Position numbers and translations under genes: made by a program. Below are positions 11,291-22,139 of a stretch of 64,000 nucleotides of DNA, one piece after another. The stretch lies in assembly GCA_963823685.1 (NCBI GenBank), contig CAWGMM010000001.1, positions 60,355-124,354 of the forward strand, written 5' to 3'. The notes beneath the pieces were generated by a model. That model searched no databases and had not been told where the DNA came from. It saw only the letters and a program-made list of their open reading frames with translations. Position 1 is the stretch's first letter, and every line of letters begins with the position of its first letter. This DNA comes from an uncultured Isosphaeraceae bacterium. GTDB taxonomy: Bacteria; Planctomycetota; Planctomycetia; Isosphaerales; Isosphaeraceae.

Positions 11291-12640
11291 ATGATGAGAC
11301 CCCTGGCCTGGTCGATCCTGCTCCTCTGCCCCTTCGCAGCCGTTCCCGCCCTGGGAGCGGGGCAAATGGTCGAGGTCGCGTATCCGCCGTCCGACAAGCC
11401 GGGTGAGCTGGTTTACGGCGTGACCTATCGCGCCTGGCTCCCGGACGGATTGACCCGGCTCCGGGGTCTCATCGTTCATCAGCACGGCTGCGGCGCGGGG
11501 GCATGCCGGGGGGGTGAGACGGCGGCCGACGACCTCCACTGGCAGGCGCTCGCGAAGAGGTGGGATTGCGCCCTGATCGGCCCCTCGTACCACCAGGAGG
11601 ACGGACAGAATTGCCGACTCTGGTGCGACCCGCGTAACGGCTCCCGGGCCCGCTTCGTCCAGGCCCTCGATGACCTGGCCGGACGTTCCGGCCATCCCGA
11701 GCTGTCGACCGTCCCCTGGTGCCTCTGGGGTCATTCCGGCGGCGCCTTCTGGGCCAGCCTGATGATGATCTCCGACCCCGACCGGGTCGTCGCGGTCTGG
11801 CTCCGATCGGGCACCGCGCTCTCCGCCTGGGAAAAAGGCGAGGTGCCGAAGCCCGAGATCACCGACGCCGTTTACCAGATTCCCTTCATCTGCAACCCCG
11901 GTGTCAAGGAAAACGGCGACCCGCGGTTCAACGGCGCCTGGACCGGCGCCCTCGCGATGTTCCGCGCCTACCGCGACCACGGTGCCCCGGCCGGCTTCGC
12001 CCCCGACCCGCGCACCGCTCACGAGTGCGGCGATTCACGCTATCTCGCCATTCCGTTCTTCGACGCCTGCCTGGCCGCCCGGTTGCCCAGGCCGGAAGAC
12101 GCCTCTCGGGAACCGAAACTCAGGCCCGTCGCGCCCACCAGCGGATGGCTCGCGCCCTTGCTCGGCGAGACCGTCGAGCCCTACGCCTCGTATCGTGGCG
12201 ACCTGAACGAGGCGGTCTGGCTTCCCGACGAGCGGGTTGCCAGAGCGTGGAGCGCGTATGTCCGCACCGGGTCCTTCGTCGATGCCACACCGCCTCCCGC
12301 GCCAACCAGGGTAAAAGCCGTCGCCGTACCCGTTGCTGGAGCGGGCGCGGGTGTCGAGATCACGTGGGACGCGGAAGCCGATTTCGAGAGCGGTATTCAG
12401 GGGTTCGTCATCGAGCGCGACGGCCGTGAGCTGGCGCGTTTGCCGGAAAAAAAGGTCGGGAAGTTCGGTCGGCCGATCTTTCAGGTGATGTCGTATCACG
12501 ACACTCCCAAGCGCCCCTTGCCCACGCTCCGGTTCGTCGATCTCCAACCCGAGGCCGGTAAACCCTCCTCCTATCGGGTGCGGACGATCAACGGCGCCGG
12601 TCTGAACTCGGAGCCCTCGACGCCCGCCCAGGTCCCTTGA
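11291..12640 (+). CDS. secreted serine-hydrolase-like protein with C-terminal fibronectin type III-like domain
   Basis: Signal peptide; GHSGG nucleophile-elbow motif (WGHSGGAF); C-terminal beta-rich FN3-like segment. Confidence 0.5.
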   Translation: MMRPLAWSILLLCPFAAVPALGAGQMVEVAYPPSDKPGELVYGVTYRAWLPDGLTRLRGLIVHQHGCGAGACRGGETAADDLHWQALAKRWDCALIGPSYHQEDGQNCRLWCDPRNGSRARFVQALDDLAGRSGHPELSTVPWCLWGHSGGAFWASLMMISDPDRVVAVWLRSGTALSAWEKGEVPKPEITDAVYQIPFICNPGVKENGDPRFNGAWTGALAMFRAYRDHGAPAGFAPDPRTAHECGDSRYLAIPFFDACLAARLPRPEDASREPKLRPVAPTSGWLAPLLGETVEPYASYRGDLNEAVWLPDERVARAWSAYVRTGSFVDATPPPAPTRVKAVAVPVAGAGAGVEITWDAEADFESGIQGFVIERDGRELARLPEKKVGKFGRPIFQVMSYHDTPKRPLPTLRFVDLQPEAGKPSSYRVRTINGAGLNSEPSTPAQVP

Positions 12641-13063
12641 TCAGCCCTCCTGATACGTCGATTTGCGCGTACCGGAATAAAACCCATATCTCCCGCGGAT
12701 CGCCTCGTGGCCCGGCTTGGGCTCGGGGTAGACCCACGCCACGTCGGACACGGTCCGGCCGTCGGGAGCGACGAAGTCGACCCAGTTGCAGGTTCCCTTG
12801 TACGGGCATGTGTACGTCCGACTTGTCACCCGTAGCGCCCCGGAATCGACCGTGGCGGGTTCGAAGTAGAGATTTCCCTCGTAAACGATCACCCCCGAGC
12901 CCGACTCGCCCTGGGCCAGGACCGAACCCGACTCCCGCTCCTTGATCGCGATCGACACGGTGGGACTCCTTCGACCTGTAGGTTTGTGCGAATGCTTCCA
13001 ATCCACGACACCGGTGGCATTATAGACGCGCGTCAGGAGGGGCCGGCATTGTCGGCCCCGCAC
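12641..13063 (-). CDS. DUF427 domain protein
   Basis: NLYFEP...YTCPYKGTCNW...VAWVYPEP matches the DUF427 signature; true start probably internal (GTG near 12964). Confidence 0.6.
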   Translation of the reverse strand: MRGRQCRPLLTRVYNATGVVDWKHSHKPTGRRSPTVSIAIKERESGSVLAQGESGSGVIVYEGNLYFEPATVDSGALRVTSRTYTCPYKGTCNWVDFVAPDGRTVSDVAWVYPEPKPGHEAIRGRYGFYSGTRKSTYQEG

Positions 13064-14055
13064 TACGTGGCGACTTGCATCAGGCGTCGCAGGCTGTCGC
13101 GGATCAACTCGTGCGAGAGCCCGGCCCAGCGGATCTCGGCATTGAGGACGTCGAACGGGGCCTGGTTATGAAGTTCCCGAAACCGCCGCGCGACGGTCTC
13201 GGGGCCGCCCACGATGAAGTTGATCGGGTGTGCGCACAGGTCGTCGACGCGAGCCGGCTCGGGCATTTCGGCGGGGATCTTCCCTTCCGCTCGAAACCGA
13301 CGCCAGAGGATGCGGAGCGCCGGCTCCGCCTGCGCCAGCGCCGTGGCGTCGTCCGGCCCCACGAACAACGGCCGGTTGGCGGCGATCTGCCGCGTCCCCC
13401 CCGCCTCCCGGTACGCGTCGATGTAGCCGCGGTACTGCTCAGGCGTCCGCAGATGCGAGAACAGCATGTTGAAGTCGAGCGACCCGGCGATCCGCGCGCC
13501 CAGGCTGTTGACCGCGACCCAGCAACGCCCGGCCAGGCCGGGCGCGGCGACCGGTAACGACCGGTGTGGCGGAACCTTGAACGCACGCCCGGCAGGCTCC
13601 GACCAGTCACCCTCCCAGACCGACCGGATGACCCGCAGCGCCTCCTCGAATCGGTCGTGGCGGGCTCGCTCGTCTCCGAAGGTGTCGGCGCCGAATAACC
13701 GTACTTCCTCGGGTGTGCTGCCGCTGCCGAAACCGACCGCCATCCGGCCGCCGGTCAGAATGTCGGCGACCGAAACCTGCTCGGCGACATCGAGCGGGTG
13801 GTGCAGGTTCAGGCAGGTGATCGCCGTTCCCACCCGGATGTCACGGGTCTGCCCCGCCATGTGCAGGGCGAAGATCAACGGCACGGGAAGATGACCGTGG
13901 TGGGCATGGGCGTGGTGCTCGGCGAACCAGGCGTGGCTCACCCCGAGCCGATCGGCCAGCAGGACCAGGTCCGCCACCTCATCGTAGATCTGGGCCGATG
14001 GCTGATCCGCCGGACCCTCCACATGGTCGGTGATCCCGATCGAAAAGCGGCTCAA
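13063..14055 (-). CDS. LLM-class (luciferase-like) flavin-dependent oxidoreductase
   Basis: MSRFSIGITDHVEG...AEHH...TIM-barrel LLM family motifs. Confidence 0.8.
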   Translation of the reverse strand: MSRFSIGITDHVEGPADQPSAQIYDEVADLVLLADRLGVSHAWFAEHHAHAHHGHLPVPLIFALHMAGQTRDIRVGTAITCLNLHHPLDVAEQVSVADILTGGRMAVGFGSGSTPEEVRLFGADTFGDERARHDRFEEALRVIRSVWEGDWSEPAGRAFKVPPHRSLPVAAPGLAGRCWVAVNSLGARIAGSLDFNMLFSHLRTPEQYRGYIDAYREAGGTRQIAANRPLFVGPDDATALAQAEPALRILWRRFRAEGKIPAEMPEPARVDDLCAHPINFIVGGPETVARRFRELHNQAPFDVLNAEIRWAGLSHELIRDSLRRLMQVAT

Positions 14056-15385
14056 GGCTTGCTCCCGGATGCTTCGATCGCATGGCTCGGCGGATGAAAA
14101 AAGACCGCCAGGAGCACCGCGGCCAGCAACGAGACGCCAAACGGGACGAGGAAGAGCGAGTGAAAATCGATCACGCGGCCGACTCGCGCTCCCGGGCTCG
14201 CGGCCCGCGAGAAAACGTCGCCGAGCCAGCCCCAGACCAGGTTGGACACGAACTGCGAGATTCCCAGGATCATCAGGTTAAAAAGGCTCTGGGCACTGGC
14301 GCGGACCTCGGCCGGGAAATTCTCGTCGACGTAGATGAACACCGTCGCGAAGAAGCAGGCGTAGGCAAACCCATGCACGACGTTCACCACGATCACGGGC
14401 CACAACAGATCGCGCGAGCCCAGCGCGTAGACGCCGAACCGGACCGACTGGCTGAGAATACCGAACAGCATCGTCCTGCGCCAGCCCAGCCGCTTGATGA
14501 TGCCCCCCAGCAGGGCCATCGCGACGATCTCCATCGCCTGCCCGATGCTCATCGCCGGGGCGATCCAGTTCTCGGGCACGCCGATCGACTGGAGAAAACG
14601 GCTGGTCCAGAAATAATAGGCGTTATGAACCAGTGAATCGAAGAACGTGACCACGTACAGCACGAGCAGGCTGGGCCGGCCCAGCAGACGGATCGCCTCC
14701 CAGGGCGCGAACCTCGCCCCCGCCCGGCTCGATGGCGTGGGGGGCGTGTGCGGCAAGACGAGTGAGAACACGGCCAGCACCAGCGAAGCGATCCCCGCGA
14801 CGACGAACGTCCCGGTCAGCGCCGACTCCATCGCCGGGCCGGTCTTGAGCGTCGAGAGCGCCGTCCCCACCCAGGCGACGAGCCCGCCGGCCTCGGACAG
14901 AGTTGGCACTCGCACCAGTTGATCGGAATGAAGATCAGCGGCCAGGCCGCCGTGACCCAGCCGACCGTGCCCCAGAGCCGGAGCAAGCCAAACTCCTTGC
15001 GAGGCTCCGCGACATTGGCGAACGCGATCGCGTTGGCGACCGACAAGGTCGGAACATAAAAGAAACAGTGCAGCAACATCAGTCCGAAGAACGGCCAGAA
15101 CGACTTCGCGAACACGAGGCCGAACATCGCCAATCCGCCGACCAGGTGGCTCAGCGCCAGGAACTTCTCCTGCGCGATGTGCCGGTCGGTGAGCTGACCT
15201 CCGAAGAACATCCCCGTGACCGAGGCGATCGCGAACGCGTTGAACACCCACGCTTGCTGAAAACCGGTGAACCCAAGGTATCGGTCGCCCATGTAAAGCC
15301 CCAGCAACGGCAGCCACGCTCCCTTGATCAGGTATTCAAGAAAGAACATCAGGCAGAATTTTGCTCGAACCGACTTGTACATCAA
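14052..15385 (-). pseudogene. MFS transporter (nucleoside:H+ symporter-like), split into two frames near 14905-14950
   Basis: N-terminal half (FFLEYLIKGAWLPLLGLYMG...WPLIFIPINW) in ORF 14816-15385, C-terminal TM half in ORF 14052-15317 in a different frame. Confidence 0.6.
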
Positions 15386-15623
15386 AACGTTTTCAACCTC
15401 GGTGGGGCGGGTGCTGGCGGTCGAGCGTGATCGGTCGGAGGAGCCTACGGTTTGCTGGGCGTCTGACAGTTTACGCTCGAATTCCGCGCCCGGCTACCGG
15501 GCATCGGCGGAGAGTTGTTGCGTGCGTCCCGTCTGTGATACCTTGCTCCGCGTGCCGAGGCCGTCGAGGCGATTGTCTGCGCCTCGATGCGAGAATCGTG
15601 GTTCCAGCAGCGAGGGGGCCGTC

Positions 15624-16172
15624 ATGAGCGAGCGAATCCTACTTCGTACCGGCGAGGCGCTGGTCGAGGGCACCGAGGACTACCTGGCCGCCGAGCCCGA
15701 GGTCGTGATCGGCGAGCTCGACGGCCCGCTCGGCCAGGCGCTGGCCTCACTGATCGGGAACCAGGTCAAGGGCCACACCAAGGTCTTCGCCATCCTGAAC
15801 AGCGACGTCCAGGTCCGGCCCGTGACCGTGATGGTGAGCAAGGTCACGGTCAACGACTCCCGGTACACCAACATCCTGATGGGCACCGTCCAGGCTGCCA
15901 TCGCCAACGGCGTGCTCGATGCCGTGCGTGCTGGGGACATCCCCAAGGAGAAGGCCAACGACCTGGGGATCATCTACTCCGTCTGGCTCGATCCCGCCGT
16001 TCTCAAGGCCGACGATCTCGACCACCAGGCCCTCTTCGACGTCCACCGCGAGGCGACCGCCAAGGTGATCCGAAAGGCCATGCGACACGAGCCGTCGATC
16101 GACTGGCTGCTCGAGCACCAGCACGAGATCCCGCACTATTACCACCAGCTCGGGCTCGAAGGCGAGATCTGA
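15624..16172 (+). CDS. fae: formaldehyde-activating enzyme
   Basis: MSERILLRTGEALVEG...GPLGQALAS...KVTVNDSRYTNILMGTVQAAIANGVLDAV...DLGIIYSVWLDP aligns along its length with the Fae family; GAGGGGG Shine-Dalgarno upstream. Confidence 0.8.
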   Translation: MSERILLRTGEALVEGTEDYLAAEPEVVIGELDGPLGQALASLIGNQVKGHTKVFAILNSDVQVRPVTVMVSKVTVNDSRYTNILMGTVQAAIANGVLDAVRAGDIPKEKANDLGIIYSVWLDPAVLKADDLDHQALFDVHREATAKVIRKAMRHEPSIDWLLEHQHEIPHYYHQLGLEGEI

Positions 16173-16324
16173 GCCGGCAAACCACGGCGTGCGGGTGCTG
16201 GGCACGGTTCATCATGAGCCCTCGTATGGGCCATTGAATTTGAAAAACGAAAGACCCCGTGGCTGTGAACCACGGGGCCTCGTCTGGCAATCAACGATTT
16301 CGGTAGCGATCCGCTCGACTCCGT

Positions 16325-16630
16325 TCAATAGCTCCAGGTCCGAATCCGCTCCTCCAGCTCGAGGTCGCGTTCGAGCTTCCGGTCGCTCGTACCGGGCTGG
16401 TAGCGGTAGATGCCGATATCGTGGACGCTCTCGCCGGCCACGGGCTCGTAGTCCAGCCATCGAGCCTCGGCGCTGCGAAGGACGTCGCGGAGGTGATCGG
16501 CGCAGGAGAAGCCGTAGGTCTTCAACTCCCAGAAACGGCCATCGGTCCAGGGGGCGGCGATCTTGTACTGCGCGGGCTCCGAGCAGCCCGGCTCGGAACA
16601 TCCCACCACCCGCTCATCGTGCATGGTCAA
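16325..16630 (-). CDS. hypothetical small Cys-containing protein
   Basis: ORF only (CSEPGCSEP...CADH). Confidence 0.3.
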   Translation of the reverse strand: MTMHDERVVGCSEPGCSEPAQYKIAAPWTDGRFWELKTYGFSCADHLRDVLRSAEARWLDYEPVAGESVHDIGIYRYQPGTSDRKLERDLELEERIRTWSY

Positions 16631-16756
16631 CCTCGCTCCAGATCGAAGACTCGGATGACTCGAATTCAGACCCAGGCTCGGACACGGACGCCGGCGCCCG
16701 ATTCGGAACGGTCGGCCGGCATCCGTGTGGTTCCCGGGTCGCTCCGCTCCTGATCC

Positions 16757-18262
16757 TTATCGGTTCGCCTGCTCGTATCCGGGGGCCCGCTCGCTATACG
16801 TCGCGGCGGAGCCGTAGGACGACTCGTCGGTCGGGTGACCGAGCATGAGCTCGCCCACACCCATGATATACCCGCGCTCGCCGTGTTGCGAGAGGTCGAG
16901 TCCGATCTCCTCGGCCTCGGTGTCGACCCGCAGACCGATGACCAGGTCCACCAGCTTCAGGATCGCGAACGTGACCACGAAGCTATAGGTTCCGGCCATG
17001 ACGAGCGAGAGGGCCTGGTAACCAAGCTGGGCGGGATTGCCGTAGAGCAGTCCGTTCACATCGCCGGTGATACCGGCCTTGGCCAGGATGCCGACGGCCA
17101 GGGCGCCGAACGCGCCGCCGACACCGTGAACACCGAAGACGTCAAGCGAGTCGTCATAGCCGAGCTTGCTTTTGAGCAGGACCGCGCCGTAGCAGACGCC
17201 GCTCACCACGAGGCCCGCGGCCACGGCACCCATCGGGGTGACGAACCCGGCGCAGGGCGTGATCGCGACCAGACCGGCGACGGCCCCCGAGCACGCTCCG
17301 AGGACGGTCGCCTTGCCCTTGTGCAACCCCTCGACGACGCACCAGCTCACGGTCGCCGCGCCCGCGGCGATGGTCGTGTTCACGAACGCGGCCACCGCCG
17401 AGCTGTTCGCCGCCAGGGCGCTGCCGGCGTTGAAGCCGAACCAGCCGAACCACAGGATCGCCGTGCCGAGCGCCGTCATCGTCAGGTTGTGCGGGTGCAT
17501 CTCTTCCTCGCCCAGACCCTTGCGCTTGCCCATCGTCAGGACGCAGCACAGCGCCGCGATCCCCGAGATCAGGTGCACCACCAGGCCGCCGGCGAAGTCC
17601 AAAGCGCCCAGGTGGACCCGGATCCAGCCGCCGGTTCCCCACACCCAGTGCGCCACCGGGTCGTACACGAACGTCGCCCACAGGAACGTGAACGTCAGGT
17701 AGGCCGAGAACTTCATCCGCTCGGCGAACGCCCCCGAGATCAACGCCGGCGTGATGATCGCGAACATCAACTGGTACACCATGAAGAGCTGGTGCGGAAT
17801 CGTCGCCGCGTAGTCGGGGTTCGGCTCCAGACCGACTCCCTTGAGAGCCGCCCACTCGAGCCCGCCGATGAAGCCGCCCAGCTTGTCGGGGCCGAACGCC
17901 AGGCTATAGCCGAAGAAGATCCACTGGAGCGTGATCACGCCCAGCATGACAAAGCTTTGCTGGAAGGTGGCCAGCACGTTCTTGCGCCGGACCATGCCGC
18001 CGTAGAACAGGCCCAGACCCGGCGTCATGAACATCACCAGCGCGGCGCAGATCATCATGAACGCCGTATCAGCGCCGTCGATCTTGGGGGCCGGCGCCGG
18101 AGTGGCGGCGGGAGGCGTCGCTTCACCGGCAGCAGCGGCAGCGGCCGGAGCCGGAGCCGTCGCGGGAGCCGCGGGCTCCTCGGCGGTCACGATCAACGGA
18201 AAGGCCAGCAGAACCGCAAGCACCGCTCCGCGCAAGACGGCGGCGCTTCTCGTCATGGTCAT
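16757..18262 (-). CDS. amt: ammonium transporter (Amt/MEP family), paralog 1, with signal peptide and Ala/Pro-rich linker
   Basis: GADTAFMMICAALVMFMTPGLGLFYGGMVRRKN... canonical AmtB motifs; GAGGA RBS before MTMTRS. Confidence 0.9.
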   Translation of the reverse strand: MTMTRSAAVLRGAVLAVLLAFPLIVTAEEPAAPATAPAPAAAAAAGEATPPAATPAPAPKIDGADTAFMMICAALVMFMTPGLGLFYGGMVRRKNVLATFQQSFVMLGVITLQWIFFGYSLAFGPDKLGGFIGGLEWAALKGVGLEPNPDYAATIPHQLFMVYQLMFAIITPALISGAFAERMKFSAYLTFTFLWATFVYDPVAHWVWGTGGWIRVHLGALDFAGGLVVHLISGIAALCCVLTMGKRKGLGEEEMHPHNLTMTALGTAILWFGWFGFNAGSALAANSSAVAAFVNTTIAAGAATVSWCVVEGLHKGKATVLGACSGAVAGLVAITPCAGFVTPMGAVAAGLVVSGVCYGAVLLKSKLGYDDSLDVFGVHGVGGAFGALAVGILAKAGITGDVNGLLYGNPAQLGYQALSLVMAGTYSFVVTFAILKLVDLVIGLRVDTEAEEIGLDLSQHGERGYIMGVGELMLGHPTDESSYGSAATYSERAPGYEQANR

Positions 18263-18401
18263 GAAAGTTTTCCTCGGTTGGGGCACGACCTGCAGGATGT
18301 TCGGGAACACGTGTCGTCTCCGTCGGGACTGCAAAGCTTGAATCAATGATCTACTGGTTGAAATTCACATCACTATTTAACATCATGAGGCTACTCGATT
18401 C

Positions 18402-19895
18402 TCACTGACGTTCTTGAAGATACGCCGGCTCCTCGACGGGCACGCCTGCCGACCGTCTACCGAGGGGAGGAGGAGGCAGCTCGAGCTCGTGGCCTCCCAT
18501 CAGTTCGTCGATGCCCATCACGTAACCGTGCTCGCCATGCTGCGAGAGGTCGAGACCGATCTCCTCGGCCTCGGTGTCGACCCGGAGTCCGATGACCAGG
18601 TCCACCAGCTTCAAGATCACGAAGGTGACCGTGAAGCTATAGGTACCCGCCATGACGAGCGAGAGGGCCTGGTAGCCAAGCTGGGCGGGATTGCCGAAGA
18701 CGAGCCCGTTCACGTCGCCGCTGATACCGGCCTTGGCCAGGACGCCGACAGCCAGGGCGCCGAACGCGCCACCGACGCCATGCACGCCGAAGACGTCGAG
18801 CGAGTCGTCATAGCCAAGCTTGCTTTTCAGCAGGACCGCGCTGTAGCAGACCAGGCAGACCAGCTCGCCAATGATGACCGAACCCATCGGGGTGACGAAC
18901 CCGGCGGCCGGCGTGATCGCGACCAGGCCGGCGACAGCCCCGGTGCAGGCACCCAGTACCGTGCCTTTGCCCTTGTGCAGCCACTCGATCGTCATCCACG
19001 CGATCGCCGCCACGGCCGCCGCGGTGTTGGTGTTGATGAACGCGGCCACCGCCGAGCTGTTCGCCGCCAGGGCGCTGCCAGCATTGAAGCCGAACCAGCC
19101 GAACCACAGCAGCGCCGTGCCGAGCGCCGTCATCATCAGGTTGTGCGGGTGCATCTCTTCCTCGCCCAGACCCTTGCGCTTGCCCATCGTCAGGACGCAG
19201 CACAGCGCCGCGATCCCCGAGATCAGGTGCACCACCAGGCCGCCGGCGAAGTCCAAAGCGCCCAGGTGGACCCGGATCCAGCCGCCGGTTCCCCACACCC
19301 AGTGCGCCACCGGGTCGTACACGAACGTCGCCCACAGGAACGTGAACGTCAGGTAGGCCGAGAACTTCATCCGCTCGGCGAACGCCCCCGAGATCAACGC
19401 CGGCGTGATGATCGCGAACATCAACTGGTACACCATGAAGAGCTGGTGCGGAATCGTCGCCGCGTAGTCGGGGTTCGGCTCCAGACCGACTCCCTTCAAT
19501 CCGACCCATTCCAGCCCGCCGATGAAGCCGCCCAGCTTGTCGGGACCGAACGCCAGGCTATAGCCGAAGAGGACCCACTGGACCGCGACCACGCCCAGCA
19601 TGACAAAGCTTTGCTGGAAGGTGGCCAGCACGTTCTTGCGCCGGACCATGCCGCCGTAGAACAGGCCCAGACCCGGCGTCATGAACATCACCAGCGCGGC
19701 GCAGATCATCATGAACGCCGTATCAGCGCCGCTGATGGCCGGGGGGGGTGGAGTGGCTAGGGCGGCGGCGGTGGCGGGGGCGGAGGCCGCGGTAACGGCG
19801 GCGGCCGGCTCCTCGGCACTGGCCAAGCCGGATAGAGCCAGCAACGTCACGATCGCTGCACTCCACAGCAACCCTGCGCGTACCTTCGTCAACAT
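18402..19895 (-). CDS. amt: ammonium transporter (Amt/MEP family), paralog 2
   Basis: Same motifs; a central segment of about 115 aa is identical to paralog 1 at protein and nucleotide level (the antisense ORFs are also identical). Confidence 0.9.
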   Translation of the reverse strand: MLTKVRAGLLWSAAIVTLLALSGLASAEEPAAAVTAASAPATAAALATPPPPAISGADTAFMMICAALVMFMTPGLGLFYGGMVRRKNVLATFQQSFVMLGVVAVQWVLFGYSLAFGPDKLGGFIGGLEWVGLKGVGLEPNPDYAATIPHQLFMVYQLMFAIITPALISGAFAERMKFSAYLTFTFLWATFVYDPVAHWVWGTGGWIRVHLGALDFAGGLVVHLISGIAALCCVLTMGKRKGLGEEEMHPHNLMMTALGTALLWFGWFGFNAGSALAANSSAVAAFINTNTAAAVAAIAWMTIEWLHKGKGTVLGACTGAVAGLVAITPAAGFVTPMGSVIIGELVCLVCYSAVLLKSKLGYDDSLDVFGVHGVGGAFGALAVGVLAKAGISGDVNGLVFGNPAQLGYQALSLVMAGTYSFTVTFVILKLVDLVIGLRVDTEAEEIGLDLSQHGEHGYVMGIDELMGGHELELPPPPLGRRSAGVPVEEPAYLQERQ

Positions 19896-21065
19896 GGTTG
19901 AATTCCTCGGATGGGGTTGGACCTACGCGTCCTCAAACGGACATGGTCCCACTCTTGGTCGCACATCGAACATTGATCGGGACACTCGTGGGAGTGCGTC
20001 ACGCGATCCTCACGCCGGGTTACGCATCAACGCGTTTGCAATTCAATCCAGATGAACGCGGCGGCGGAATACCCGGAGGACACGTCACACGTCACCGTCT
20101 GAACGCGCCAGCCTTCCGCGAGCCGCATGAGCTCGAGATCCACCGTGCAGATTGTCGCGAGGCGCTCGATGAGATTGATTCAGAACGGAGCAACGGTGCT
20201 CCGCGCCGGCGCGTTCGAGCGCAGCCGATCCCGCTCTCGCTCAGCAGACCCATTGATGGAAAAGTTGAGTGAGCGACGACCGCGGGCTGTAAGACGAGCT
20301 GAAATTGTCTGCTCCGAGCGTCGCAATGACCTTGCAGCCTTACCTGGCTGCTCTCACGGCTCGGCCGCGGAAATCCATCCATGTCAAGGAGGAAGCTACA
20401 GGCCGATCGACGCACCAGGTTTGAGTGCGAGAAACCACGACCTCGATTCAGCAAGCATGCCAGCGGAATCGGCAGATACGGCTGAATGACCGGAGTCGTG
20501 CCCGTCGTGTGCGAGCCCGCATCGTCTCGGGACGTCCAGGGAGTCATCCGTGGCAGGGCCGCGATCTCCAGACAGGGCGCAGGCCATGAACGCTCCCTCC
20601 AGAGACCGACCCACGCTCCGCGCCGGATTCATCCTTCCTGGAGGAAGTTCCAGCACGTCGCGCCGCACGGTGATCCAGGAAGCTTGCCCCAGCGCCACGA
20701 CCAGAAGCGCCAGGACCAAGTAACGGAACCCACCATCCAGGGCGTCTTTCCGCTTCGATCTGGAATTGACACGGATCATGCGTGGTTCTTGAACAGGCGC
20801 GTCAACAGGATCCAGGTCCGGAGAATCCCCCTGAATTGCAGCTCGAATGCCATCGGAACGGCATCCGCGCTGTTTTTCTAATCATTGATAAATCAACGAC
20901 TTACACAGAATCATAACGATCTGGGAACGCTCGATCCTGCACAAACCATGGTCTCGAAAGCCCAATCATTGGGCAGTCGTGCGTGACGGGTATAACGATG
21001 GGCAACAGAGTCGTGATCGCACGGAGGGATGATGGGAAGAGTTCAGGCGTGACCGACATCGACGC

Positions 21066-22050
21066 TCAGGACGAGGTGTTCAACAGTCGTTCAGCGACGG
21101 CCTCGATCGTCGTTGGAGCGTGGCCTTCGAGACGGTTATTGACGAAGAGAAACGCGGGCTTCCGCAGGCGTCTCGAATGCTCGGCGATCGACACCAGCGC
21201 GTCCCGGGCCGATGGGTTGGGCTGCTGGATCAGCCGATAGGGCTCGAAGGCGCGTACCGCCTGCTCATAGGAGCAACCACGGCTCAGCAGGGCTCGCACG
21301 ACCAGGAAGTCGGCCGTGAACGCGCCCGGCATGGTCCATTTGCACACCTAGCTCGGGCATTCGGGTCCACGCATTCAGGACATGAGCCACACCGTGACGG
21401 GCCAGCAGGTCGAAGTATCGGGCACCCAGAAATTCCGGATTGCGAATCTCCACGCCATAACGAAAACCGATCGGCAGCGCCTCCAGAAAAGGAGCGAGCG
21501 CGGCCAGGAAATCGGTGAACTCGGGGAAGGTCGCGCGGCCGAACGCGCCGAACTCGAAGATCAGGGTCGCGACCTGCGCTGGCGGTAGGGCTCCAGTCGG
21601 CGGGCGAAGTGCGTGTTGAAGAGCGAGGCGTCGAGGAAGCCGGGGTTTACCGTACCCGCTCGGCCGCCGTAACGGGCATGGCCCGGCCATCGGGCGACGG
21701 TGATGTCTTCAGGGACCTTGAACGCGAAGGAGAGCGTGCTCGGGGTGCGCTCGAAAAGCCGCTTCCAGTGATCGGGGTCGGGAAACTGGTAGAACGCAAA
21801 GTCGCCGCAGACGACCGGAAACACCCGCGGCGTATTCGGAAAGGCAATCGGCCTCGAACCGGGTACGCGAGAACCGGCCCCGGTTGCGATACCGATCCGG
21901 GTTGTAGACGCTCCCGAGCCAGCCCTCGTACTTCCACGAACTGGTCCCGAAGTAGAGCCCTTGCTCGGCCAGGGTACGCAGCTTCGGGGCCAGCCCCGCT
22001 GCCTGGGGAGGCAGCTCGTCTTCGAGCTCGAATTGTGGAAACAACGACAT
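21066..22050 (-). pseudogene. DUF72 (YecE-like) family protein, split into three frames
   Basis: LYFGTSSWKYEGW (N-terminus), FEFGAFGRATFPEF...LPIGFRYGVEIRNPEFL (middle), FLFVNNRLEGHAPTT (C-terminus) lie in three different reading frames. Confidence 0.6.
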
Positions 22051-22139
22051 CCCGCCGCCTCGTCACTTCGGGACAGACGATCCCGCCGGGGATCGTCTGT
22101 CCCAACCATAACACAAGCACGGGGAGCCGGCGGAAACCA

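Noticed and set aside
16757-19895. Expected a glnK/PII gene linked to amt
   Set aside because: No PII-like ORF (about 112 aa, MKKIEAII-type) in any frame in the flanks; the 101-aa ORF at 16325-16630 has no PII motifs.
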